Positions 51,985 through 64,000 of a stretch of DNA of 64,000 bases are shown piece by piece. The notes below the pieces were generated by a model that had not been told where the DNA came from, did not search any database, and worked only from the letters and a program-made list of their open reading frames with translations. A program made the translations under genes and the position numbers. Source of the stretch: Tubulanus polymorphus (lineage: Eukaryota; Animalia; Nemertea); assembly GCF_964204645.1 (NCBI RefSeq), contig NC_134029.1:4030001-4094000 (forward strand). The letters run 5' to 3'. The stretch's first letter is position 1. Every line of letters begins with the position of its first letter.

Positions 51985-54900
51985 GCTAATCTTGCTGGGT
52001 AATAATAATAATATAAGTTAAGGGGGTCTCAGCCTATTGCCAGTAGTAGAATCACAGAAATTTGAACAATAGCTGAATTAGAATGTAGCCATATATATAT
52101 ATATATACATATACTAATAGTTTACTCCAACAGTGTGAATCAAATGAAGTCTCATTTTCCACGCAATTCGTGGTAATTCGCAGAGAAATGTAGTAATAAG
52201 GTTGAGATAAATGTATCAAAATGTTCGTCGGTAAAGATGAATTTTCCTACCATTACCTGCAAATAAAGCTCATCGTCCTATCATCAAAACCTAAATGAAA
52301 ATAACGAATATTATATGTTAGAATTAGGGCCGGGTCGGTTTGCCCAATGGTTAGATATCGGAGAGCATCATTCGTTGCACACTGCTGGAATAAACACGTT
52401 TATTTTTTAGCTCTCACTGAAACCGGTTTATTCAGCCAAACTATAACTTCATTTTTTTGTTAACAGGTATAACGCATTATTGGTGAGAAATGAGGCGAAT
52501 GGGTAAAAGTGGCGCCAACAGAACATTTCGAGGGGAGCCACGTTATTTCGCAGACTTAATAAACGTATTTAAGAAATTCGGGACTCGGAAAAGATACATC
52601 CGATCGGACTTGATACGGTGGTCATTTCAGGAAAATAAACATATTTCATTCAAAGTAATGAACTGAAAAACGAATCGAAATTGATGTCTGTGAATTGTGA
52701 CGCTCGTTGACGGCTTGGTAAAGAAAACTATATAATCATCTAGTCGAGATTCGGATTGAAGTGATGGATATCTTTCATTTTCTACTTTCGATCGATGCTT
52801 GAAAGAATTCACCGCGGGACAATTTTTTACCCATTTCGGTGACGTCATACCCGCGAGACCTAGCGAGCAAACTTCGAACAATTTTCGTTGTACATACAAA
52901 GGCAGAACTTTTATAAATATATATATATAAATATATAATATATGACATTATAACTATGAATTGGAAAAGACTAGTCATCACGTGTACAAAACATGATAAT
53001 AATAACAATAATAATCATAATATTTTCGTTATATTTTCTAAATGAATGTATGATACGATTTTTTCTAAACACGTGGGAAATTCTGCGCGTAAACATTCTA
53101 TGAGATAGAGGCTATGGTTAATTAACGGAAATACTATCTATCCAACCAAAGTCTTCACTATGTATGTTCGGTGATTATAGCATAAAGCATTATTTAGAAT
53201 ATTTTGAGAGTTTCTTAGCACAATTTGTAGCATAAAAACGCTACCTCATTACATCCCGGTATGTACATTCTAGTCTGTGCTATATGGCTCTACGAATTAG
53301 ACATTTCATTCACTGATATAACTTGATCTCCATTTGCATAATATTACTACATGTAGCATAATACTGTTTAAAATACTGATAAATCAATTCATTCTATGAT
53401 TATAATAGATTTTTTTGTTTGTACAGGTAATTCGATAATATGTTGTTTTAGTCGTCGAAATTAATTTTGTTTAGGTGTAAAGTGGCACTAAACGTGAGTA
53501 AATAAAACAGTTGGTAAATTGTATTTACAGTTTTGGCGTTTTTTTCTATTGTTTCTGAACAATATATATACCCACATGGAAGTATTGGGTTGACTAATAA
53601 GTTAACTAATCTCAGTGTTCATGCCATCTTATCGGGAATCAGAGTTTACGATTTGCCCCATGCATCCCAATCACCCATTTGAGTTGGGTCCTTGTAAACT
53701 GACAATTGGGGTTAAATCATTGGTTACTGACAACTGTAGTTCCACAATTGTTTGCAGAGCTGTGGAACTGGATAGGGACAAGTTTTCGAAATGCGAATAT
53801 CCCTGGCATCCCACTTCCTATAGCCAATAAGGATATCTTTAGGATGAAACAAGGTTCAGCAGATTACATGGAGCTGAGTTTACGACTGTTCACCAACGCT
53901 CTAAATTACATGAGGAAAAATATCAAATCTAAAAAACATAGCTGCAATGCCGTGCCATGCTATTCAAAATGATGGATTTTTATAGAAAATCAACGCTCTA
54001 CATGAAAGGAGGTAAGCTATCAAATCTAAAATTACTACTTTTACCAGTAATTAAAACTGGAGATAGTGGATTTAATTTGATAGAACTTCAATGTACTCAA
54101 GCATTAACTAGACGACGGAGGATACCGAAAGCAGCTGCTCGGATGGAATTTATTGTCAATTATAAAGTGTGTATAAAATATTCGTTCTCTGGCAGATTCG
54201 CGGTGTTGTTCCCAGCGGTTGAATTTCAGTACGTTACGAACCGCGCATTACAACGCGCCTAATACGCAATTAATACGCCATCATTTCGTTTTTATGTCGC
54301 AGAGCCGTCCGACGCACACGCCAAGAAGCCCATGAATTTCCAATGAAATTACTCAAACTTTGGCACGTTGCAAAAACGACAAAATCGAGAATCGTAAATC
54401 GACGAGAAAATGGCTTAATGGCTCGATTGCATGTCAACAAATCGTGCCGCGAATAAATTGTACCCAACTACTGTTTCGACTGCCATTTCATTTTACATAT
54501 TATAGAGACGCCGGCCTTCATGAATTTTCCTACTGCCATTAAACGCAGAATGATGAAATGGATGCCAACAGCGGCGGCGGGGTGGTTTACAATGAATGAT
54601 GTTACCGAAGTACACTGTATTCTTATTAACATTCCACTTCACTGTCGCGCTTTTTTAAAGAAACTCCGAAATTTACGAAAGCTCAATTCGTTAAAAATAT
54701 TATGAATAAGATATTTTGAATAACTGAATCATAAAAAAAGGAATGCAATGTCTTTATCTAGAGAGGATATTCATCTGGGATAATTTCATTTGGTAGCCTT
54801 GCGACTTCTACAAGTAATACAATATATACTTATGTTTATATCCCTTACTTTTTCATGAACTCTAAACACTGTGATTTTTTTTCAACACCAAACCAGTTAC

Positions 54901-56167
54901 ATTTTTTCCGCAGACAGTTTAAGCATGGACTCTTCGTTTTCGAGTCCATGGTTTATGTAAGAGTGGGTATCTTCTTGCAAACCCATTTTGTCAATGTTAG
55001 TGATATCGTTCATTTCATAGTGGTAACTCTAAGAGGCATCAAATGTATTCTGTAACATGTATCATTATATTGACTGTTTGACATTTTATTGATACTTTGT
55101 TAATTGCCTGTGAAATTTGATATCTCATTTTATAATAATAATAACTGATGTATCATTAGTCATTTCGATTCGGCATTGCGACTGCTTCTTTTATTCTGGT
55201 TGCTGAAAATATTGCACGAATTTAATGCCGGTCAGATATTGTATGACAGACCCCCTGGCCCGCCGTCAACCGACGGTGGGTAACTTTGTATTTCCGTTTC
55301 GTTCAGCGAATCTTCTGTTCTGGCTGTTACTGCTTTGCCGGCGAATGAAGACTGATACCATTTAATATCCTGTTGTATAGAATAGAACTGAAGTCGCGAT
55401 ATTAAAGCAGCTTAAACCCCATTCACTCTCTATTAAGCCGTGATTGGATGACGACGTTTGTTTTTCAAACTAATTTCCTCCGCAACTTCCACATACTCCA
55501 TACGACGACTGGAGACTCCGGGTCGCACGTAATCATAGCGAATACAAACTCTTAAAATCTACTAATTAAAATGCGTGACTACACGCGAACGTGGTATCGT
55601 ATCGAACGCGAACCCGGTCGATGATCATAAGAAACCTAAATCAGATCCAAAACCATTCCATACAAAAATGTCGAAAATCTAGCAAAAGTTGGAAACCAAA
55701 ATTGATCGAACCACGAAGAAACGCTGAAGGTCTAAAAATAAGGTGGTTCTATCAGCGCAACCATGAACGACAAAGATAAATAAAAATTTGATATTGTCGA
55801 AGTCAACATCGACAGCCGAGAAAACCATTGCACGAAAATCTTAGACGGCCATGGATGATATGAAGTATAGTGTAGTTGTGTCCTCATTCATTCATTCGTG
55901 TTCCGATGATGAATATAATTTCACGGCAATTATCTATCATCCGGTGCTAGTAATGAAAAGAAATCAATGTTGATATGGATATGATTGGCCAACAGTCGAT
56001 TTTACGGTAATGCTTTGCCGCCGCCGCCGTTGTATTGATGCTATCTCCTCTCATGTCGTAATCACAATATCAGTTCTCTGAGAATACCGACCAGTATCGT
56101 ATCAAAACTAGAGTTTATTTTTCATTTCAATCGTAAATCTTCTCTGATACATAGATTTTCTTATCTT

Positions 56168-56383
56168 AGAATAGGGATTGTCCCTGTTATTTATTTGATA
56201 TGCAGATTTGATATGTTTTGATTTGGTGTCCCTTACGAAGCCATACCACACCTGTCTGTGCGAAAGAGGCAGTTTGATTTTAAGTACAGGTTCCTATGTG
56301 ATCATTGGTCGAATTTACAGAATTTTATGTTTAAATCGAAGAACATATTTGGAAATTTGGATTCCGGTTCAGGTAAACAATCT
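56168..56383 (-). repeat. Dispersed repeat family A, copy 5 (inverted)
   Basis: ATAGGGATTGTCCCTGTTA and TTTAAATCGAAG...TTCCGGTTCA...AAACAATCT are reverse complements of both ends of the 23548-23783 copy. Confidence 0.75.
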
Positions 56384-58386
56384 AGTGCGCCCATTATAAG
56401 TTAAAGCCCAGGATGGCACCATGGCGTCGGGAATGCTCTAATACTTGTTGTGTCTGAAAGTATCTGGGCTATCAATGATTCGACCTCGTAGACTGATACG
56501 CAATATCAACGCTGTAATATTTACGTATATGTAATATAGTTGAGGATAATGTGACATTTGTATGGTAAGAAAATGTACGCGGCTGCCGTTTTCTCAAGAG
56601 AACCCTCGAGCAGTAGAATGAACGATATTCTTTCATGAGATAAGCCGATTGTCAAAATACTTCTTTATAGAATAATGGACAGCTATTGTGGTCATGTCGG
56701 TCCACTTCGCAACAAAAGACTCGAAAATATGGCATATTTTATTCAGTAGTTTTTGATCCCCGCTAAGCAGGTTATTACCATGCAAAACTAACTGCTTCGA
56801 AAATATTCATAACCTGTCAGTTTTGATGAATGTTGTCACCGCGTATGACGCTGGTCACCAACTCGACAAAATCTCGTGCGCAGCAGGATATTCCGAAAGA
56901 TTCCTTCGTTTAGCGATAATTATGTTTTCTTTACGATTATTTACCGCAAATTCATCATAATAGCAACAAAATCATTAATGATAAATTAAGATATGTTCGA
57001 ATTTTTTGAAAATTAGTTAAATCGATACGCTGTTGAAATGAAGTGAAATTATGTATCTTAATTTCAGTGAAGGGAATACTTCACTTTTTTCAACCACTCC
57101 GACGTGAGCAACTAACGCACTCGGCGACTTAATATCAAGAACAGTAGAAGATAAATGGCCATTATCCGGTTGAAGTATTCGGCCTAAAGCAATGTCAAGT
57201 CACTCGTGATCTAGCACTTCCTGAACGGCGCGGTCCATACCAGCGGCGGACGCCGACTGTGCTCTGCTCGGATACACACCGCCCGGTACTCGCGGTAAAA
57301 ACGTTTATGGCGTCAAGCTCGAGCGCCCGCACAGGAAATAAGATTGTCGCAGACGATCGACTCCGAACGAGGCTCGGTAGAAGATTCGTGACTTTTCTTG
57401 TCATGAAGTCAAGACGCTACACTGATTTTAACAAAGAAAGGAGATTTATTTGACGGAAGAACACGTCAAATCGTAAAAAGTTTTAGTTGCAATTTTCAAG
57501 GGCGTTATGCCGTATAGTACCCGGTCGCACGCTATCAGCCTTTTAAATGCCTGATTGGCCGCATGTATTCGCGGTGGTTCGTAAAGCTAGTCTCCTAGCT
57601 AGATCCGATGCGTTGGTCGCGCACTTTTAAAGTGTAAATTGAATATTCCTGTTTACGAAGCCTATCTACCTCACATATAATTACCCCCCACTCGGAGCTG
57701 TTTACGACTATTGCATAGTTTCTTAGAATTTTAAACACACGCACTGCAAATGTACAATTAACAAATGATGTGTTTGTGTCCTACTTCCAAAACCAGCGCG
57801 TACTTATTATATTGCCCTGGAAGTGCGACACACGAAGGATGCGGAGCCATGGATCTGCACATGTATTTTCGCAGTTATGGTGAAAAACACCAAAAACTTA
57901 GCAATCTTCTACTTAACAATAGTACTTAATACAGAATTTATTTTATAATCTGAGAGCGCTTCAATAAAAACCCTGTAATCTAAAGCGCTATTAATCAGCA
58001 AATGAGACATCATTCAATGCCTCTACCACAGGCCTCAATGATAGGAAGATTCGTTGGAGCCGTATTAACCAGGTGTGGAATCAAATACGAGACGATCAGT
58101 ACTTGAAAGGTTATCTTGTTTACTTGACGCACGAGCTTTCGCTCCTAGTAGTATAGCAGCTGCACCAGGTGAACGCGAGTATGAAATGATATACGTGATA
58201 ATCAACGGGGATGTCATATGGTCGTTTCTGTGGTACGCACACGCCGAGTACATTTCATCTGGCCGTAGGACAAACAGTAGTACATTCTAAATCTCGATTT
58301 GAATTCGCCCGTAAAAAGAGAAAAATCAAATAAATCGAAGAGAGATACATTCATTGTGTTTACATATATATTAATATGGATTAGAT

Positions 58387-58392
58387 TTTATT
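58387..58392 (-). terminator. Candidate sorting nexin polyadenylation signal
   Basis: Minus-strand AATAAA about 1.25 kb past the stop, at the end of an AU-rich tract. Confidence 0.4.
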
Positions 58393-58555
58393 GTACACAA
58401 TATGATGATTATTATAACCAATTTTTACAGTAATTATACAATACGATGTATTTATAATTGAGAATTTATCATAAGAGCACATCATTGTCATCGAAAAAAA
58501 TATAACTGACAAAGTTTTTAAAAATGTAATAATAGCTACCACATATTTTCAAATA

Positions 58556-58633
58556 CAGTCGAACCTCGTTACAACCGGGATATTCGGATATGATCTGAAA
58601 ATTAACTCGCATTTAAACGACGTTCATCGACTG
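58556..58633. mobile_element. Short pogo/Tigger-like MITE remnant
   Basis: TA|CAGTCGAACCTCGTT ... AACGACGTTCATCGACTG|TA: imperfect terminal inverted repeats with TA on both sides. Confidence 0.5.
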
Positions 58634-58994
58634 TACTTAAAAGTGGTACACAATTTTTTTTATAGAAAAAAATATATAACCGACAAATTTACTCTAATCT
58701 AAGCAAATTGAATAATCAAATCACGATAGAAATACCAACCTAATATCGAACACGGAACACTGTGTATTTCATGAGTAAAGAAAAAAATTTGCACGATATA
58801 CACAAACAATCATCAAACCATACATCGTTCATATCATCAAAATCTTCGAAATGATTTGTCAGATTTTTTTCTACTGGTCGCAGTGCGTAACTAGGCCATT
58901 TCAAACATCGTCATTAACGTATCGTAATGCGGCGTCAAAACATAAAATAAGACCAACAGCTAAGCTGATTTTTACGTATTTTATAAACCTTATA

Positions 58995-59137
58995 CAGTCA
59001 AACCCGCTTAAGTTACCATATTTGGGACGATCATCGTGTTGATGTTAATTACACTCAGTAAATCAAATTGTAAATACGCAAATTGGGACTGAAAGATAGT
59101 GATGCATCATCCGATGACGACTTTTTAAGTTCGACTG
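58995..59137. mobile_element. pogo/Tigger-like MITE remnant
   Basis: TA|CAGTCAAACCCGCTTAAG ... AAGTTCGACTG|TA. Confidence 0.45.
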
Positions 59138-59644
59138 TAGTTGTGTCAACTTTTATATCTATAATGGCTATAAATGATAATTCATCAAAATGGTTTTTTG
59201 TTGTACAAAGCACGGCCTGATTCACAAATGAACGATTCATTCAACGATTCTACAACTGATTGTCCATTATACGTTAAATCAGTGGAAATTTTCACTTTCG
59301 CCGCTAAACATAGTAAATTTTCAAGCAATCGATAAATCACTCTCTCATACGTACACATCGTTATTTAGTACGTAATATACAAAGCCGTGCAAAAAGTGTT
59401 CCAATAGGGGTTCCAATAATTACATTGTATCAATAGAAAACCATTCACTGAAATAACTGATGACGCCCTCTTCACTGATTATCACTGCAGTTGATGTTAT
59501 TTCAGTATGACAAAAAAAAGAAATAATGACGAAATTTCAACACACCAATCTGCGATACATACACGGTCCTTATCACAATCAAGTAGCAGAATATTTTTTA
59601 AACAGTTTTGTTGTTCATTCCGATCCTGTCGAACGCCGACCTCG

Positions 59645-62600
59645 TTAAGCTATGGCCTTCGCTTCCGGTAGAAAAGCCTCCCAGTATTTGATGAGCTGAA
59701 ATGAAAGTGAAATTCCGTCGATCAACATCAAAGTTCATTTCCGAGTTTGTTAATTCCAAGTCGGTTAAGTTGCGAATGGCGAAATATGTCCTCTTTAGGA
59801 AAAATTCCGACCAAAAATAAGTTGGATTAAGGAAAATTTATCGTATAAGTTTGAGAAAATAAAATCCAAATTGAATGTTGTACTTTGCAATATGAACATA
59901 TCACCATACTCTTTATATTGATATTATTCAACTTTCTATAAAGGATAGCCTTCTGAGGAGAAAACTAACTAACCAGGCAACTACAACATGATATTGTTGA
60001 TCATTTGACAAATTTCAAATTTTTTCTCTTAGCATCTGACTCAGGGAATACAATTTCCTATAATTCAGTCCTATATTTGTCCGGCTAAGGTGAGAATCCG
60101 ATTGATAAGATCCGACTAAGGGAGAGGTTTTAAGAGGAAAAAGAACTGAAAAATTGCGGACTGAGAATTTCTTCCCGACTCCTCCGATTTTCCAACTAAC
60201 AGCGAGCGACCTACGCAAGTTTCACTGTAAATACAAACCTGTTGCTGGGTTTCCATCAGCGATTCTAAAGCTTTTACAACCGAAGTTTTGAAGTCTTGTA
60301 CTCGTTGTTTCTCGAATCTAGACATTTCTTTGCGAATGGTTTGCGATATCTTCTCGAAGTCGACCTGGCCTTTCTCGACCTTCTGCTCCCACTGAAATTA
60401 AATTTCTTAGTTAAAAAAAAAGTCTAAGAATACGAAAACTAATAATGTGAATCAAGAATCATCAGCCCTAACATTACTGGGAAGATTTCAATGATTGCAA
60501 TAAATACCTCCGTAATCTCTTGAGCTGCCATTGGAATTTTGTCCATTTTATGGGCGAGTTCAAGTTTGACTTTGGCTTCTCGTTTCTTTGTAAGCATTGC
60601 TTCTGCATCTTTCCAGAACTTGTAACATTTTACTCGTTCATTGAAAGCTTCCTATGAACCAAACAAAAAACCTTTATCATTCTTAACCATTTTCACAATT
60701 TCGAGTTTAAAAGTCAAGGTCCTTGCAAATCTATAGATTCATCAAAAATGGACAACTCATTTTCTGACTTCTTCAGGCTTACCTTCACAGCACCGATCAG
60801 AGCGACATAATCCTTGAGTAATTCGGCCAAAATAAAGAAATCCATTTCAGCCTGTTGTTCATGAACCTGATCGATTTTTTCTTCCACTTCCGCTAATTGC
60901 GATAACGCACGGGACAATGCCGTATGTTCTTCGGAATTAGCTAACATTGCGCAACTTTTAGCAAACGACGCCGTACACATTCCTAGATCTGGAAGCAACG
61001 CAACATTATCGTAATGGATAAAACAACAAGATTTAATGTTTTTTCTGATTGTCGGTATCATTCAATCTACACACTACAGCTATAACTGAATTATCATCAT
61101 AGATTCAGAGAAATTCATCATCCGAGACGTCGTTGAACGAATACAGCCCCAAAGAAACCTACCTTTCCTGTGATTCACCAGAGCTTCAACGCTGGAATGT
61201 AATTTCTTCAACTGTTGGTCAAGATTTTCGATCTGCTGATGTTTTTCCTCGAACCACTGAAATCAGAAGGGTGAGAACAGGATCTTCACACGAGCTGATA
61301 TAGAATATATGACATTTGCGATGAGTACATGCTGTAAATGATAAGTTAAATCACAGATGAACCACTGACACTCGAAAACACATCAATATACAACATTCTA
61401 TTGTTAAAGAAAGAAACTATGGAAACCAAGACCAGGGAGGTGGGAGTGAATTCCCTCCCCCCTGCCAAGACTAAGAAAATTAATACAATGTACCGGTACT
61501 TCAATCTAAACCGGAATCAATACACTGCACATATAAAATGTATTCTTAGAAAAATATCCAAAATCATTTTTAAGACAACATGAAACGCTGAAGGGAAAAA
61601 TCAAGATGAATCAGTTGGATGGAAAATATTTCTATCTGCCATCAGTTAGTTTCACGTTTTTAAAGTGAAATAAAAGTCGTATGACTATGGAAGTCTATTT
61701 ATAGTTCATTGAAACATCAAGTTAGCAATGAACCAAAATTGTTTGTTATTTTGAATTGAAGGACTAACGACTACTGATATGCGTAATCTTCCTGATGTTC
61801 CAACTGTTGAAAATGCTACTTTTATGTTTTTCACTTATACTGCCCCAACTTGCAAAAAACCTCTATGACAAGACCACCTCTATAGTACAAATATGAACAT
61901 AGATAATGTACATGTAACGAATACAACCATACGCACAATAAGCAAAAACTAATTAGAGATGTCTTTACTTGCACTATTTATATGAAAGAAGTGCAACGAT
62001 TTCGTAAGTCGCCTGCTTTCCATAGGAAGCCAGCAAACGTTTAATCATAAGATCACAACAAAATGATGTGTGTACAGTCGCAATGGCTCAGTTGGTACAG
62101 CACATTACTAACACACTAAATCAGAGGTTCGACTCCCACTTAGGAAATATATTTTTCTGATTAAACTACACAAGTTCCTATATTACCTGTGGCATCCACA
62201 GGTACAGGTGCACCAGCTTCCCATGGACATAGTTCATCCAAGCTCCCGAGATTCCACACGGTCGCTACAGGCATGGGTGATCACAAACATATATTCCAAA
62301 ATGCTACTACTAAATTCATGGCCACGGAATCAAGACGTTTGAAGTTCCGGGAACCCATGGTTGATCCATCGCTTTTTCATGAACGATTATTTCACGTGAC
62401 GCGACCTTCAATTCGGGTCGCTAATGAAATCAGTGCATTTCGTAAAGACATCCGAAAACATACCGTCACTATTCACGTATGAATCCTCTAAAGATATTCA
62501 AGAATCAAATATAATATAATACAGCGTAATGAAATAGTTACCTCGAAATCGTAATCCCACTGTTCAGAGGGAGAAGCCAGGGCAGGCAGAGGAATACAAA

Positions 62601-63657
62601 AATAAGAGTGGATGTATAGACCATAGCTGAGCTGGCAAGAAAACAAAATTCAGAAATTCACCAAAATTCAATGATCGTGCAGCTCTGACTAGAGCTCTAC
62701 CGTCAATTATTAGATTGCTTTCCTTTTTTTAAAACTTTAAATATTCGAAACAATTTTGTCTACTCGTTGCAACTGATTTCTAACTCTGCGAGAACTACGA
62801 TTCCCAACAGAAACGAGAACTGAAGAAGTGTTCTATAGACGGATCTATTACTAGGATCATTTCACACTACAGATTATGAATACTACGTATCGAAAACAAG
62901 TACTATACGTGAACATTTCGTGTGGTCAGCACACACACCGATAAAATGAAGAGCGCAGAAGCAAAAATCAGAGACAGAGATAGAAATCCATAGAGATAAC
63001 GATGACATGATTTTCCTTAAGTGAATGAAATGTTGATAAAATGTGTGAAAACACCAATTGAAAATACCGAAACCTCAAATTGCCAATCAATCAAATCACC
63101 CTTTTACAATTGATATCGATATCATAATTTAAATGATAAATTGAAATTTTTTTGAAAACAGCAAAATAATAAAAGCTCACTACACAACATATAGTAGGCC
63201 TAGTCGCATAATGATAAACGGGGCAAGAGATGGTTATTCAACTTTTGAATGGTGCTATCTTGCCAGCGTAAACAATTTAACATACGAATGAAAAGAGCAA
63301 GGGAGAGATAGAGAGAGATAAAGGGACTGCACATATCTTGCTAAAAGTCCCCGAACTGGAAGTACTTTAAAACCAGCAGCATTCTCCCGCACTATGGACA
63401 GGGAGTCTGAACAAACACTCTGAACGAATCGATGAATATATTCTATTCAGCGATCAATACTGACCTGATCGGTTTCGTCCATTTTAAACGCCATTTTGCC
63501 GACAGCGTCGCCAACCTTGCTGAACAGACGCATGACGCCGGCGCCGCTCAGTGCAGACGTACTCGTCGCTTTTGGAAGTTCGCCGTCGGCTTCGAGGAAA
63601 TCGCGGAAGTCGGTGTCGTTTTGTAACACGGGATGAGCAGCAGTTCGATTTAAATAT
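59645..63657 (-). CDS. SNX2: Sorting nexin 1/2 (PX-BAR retromer-associated), 5'-partial; exons on minus strand 63657..63465, 61256..61163, 60988..60783, 60651..60508, 60391..60239, 59695..59645
   Basis: Six GT-AG exons join in frame. End of PX domain [22 protein letters not shown], amphipathic [14 protein letters not shown] domain ([25 protein letters not shown]), C-terminus [16 protein letters not shown] typical of SNX1/SNX2. Probably the single invertebrate co-ortholog. Upstream exons lie beyond the window. Confidence 0.95.
62077..62147 (+). pseudogene. tRNA-derived remnant (tRNA pseudogene or SINE head) in a sorting nexin intron
   Basis: A box TGGCTCAGTTGG and B box GGTTCGACTCC at tRNA spacing, with T5 at 62152. 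Acceptor, T and anticodon stems have several mismatches, so it is not a functional tRNA. Confidence 0.6.
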
Positions 63658-64000
63658 CTAGAAATCAAAATCGAGAAGATTATTTTCAACTATCGATTGA
63701 CGAATGAATGAATTGAAGCCAGAGGTTTACGTGATTGGCATGGCTGAAAGAAGTATCGCCACCAAAGATCGTGAGGGTTTATTGCTAAAGGAATTGATCA
63801 AACATCAAAATTTAAAACAGCAGAATTAAGATGTATCTATAGTAGAAGGTGCATGCTCTTCAGTTAATCCTGAATTTGAAGAGTACCGTAAGTGTAAAAA
63901 TTCAAGAAGGTTTCCTATGAATTAGAAAGTCTACGGCGAGTCACTACATTATTGTCTCTGAAAAAAATACATTATCTTTTTTGGTATTTCACCGGATTCA

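Noticed and set aside
54924-54950. 9-bp stem hairpin CATGGACTC/GAGTCCATG as a microRNA precursor
   Set aside because: The stem is far too short for a pre-miRNA.
57195-57560. Small minus-strand gene (69-aa ORF) with CCAAT and TTTAAAA upstream
   Set aside because: The promoter-like words are weak and the peptide resembles nothing I recognise; a lncRNA or enhancer cannot be excluded but is unsupported.
62077-62147. Functional tRNA gene
   Set aside because: A and B boxes are present but acceptor, anticodon and T stems are broken.

Overview
Intron-containing, AT-rich animal genomic DNA from a non-vertebrate, probably a spiralian (taxon is inference). The window holds a PRD-class homeobox cluster of the hbn-rx-otp (HRO) type. 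Three 3-exon genes lie on the + strand: homeobrain (1786-7191), a strongly divergent homeobox gene in the rx position (14966-18320) and orthopedia (43103-51984). The 3' part of a sorting nexin 1/2 gene follows convergently on the - strand (59645-63657, continuing past the window). The most unusual element is the middle gene. Its homeodomain is a mosaic of Rx-type and Hbn-type residues, its flanks align with the neighbouring hbn, and it lacks an OAR domain. I found no canonical Rx in the 25-kb gap before otp. The middle gene's second intron carries a hammerhead-ribozyme-like inverted element of the Penelope type. The rest is non-coding DNA with MITE-like remnants, a five-copy dispersed repeat, a 27-bp minisatellite and a tRNA-derived remnant. 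All gene models were spliced by hand; family comparisons use remembered consensus sequences and no database was searched.
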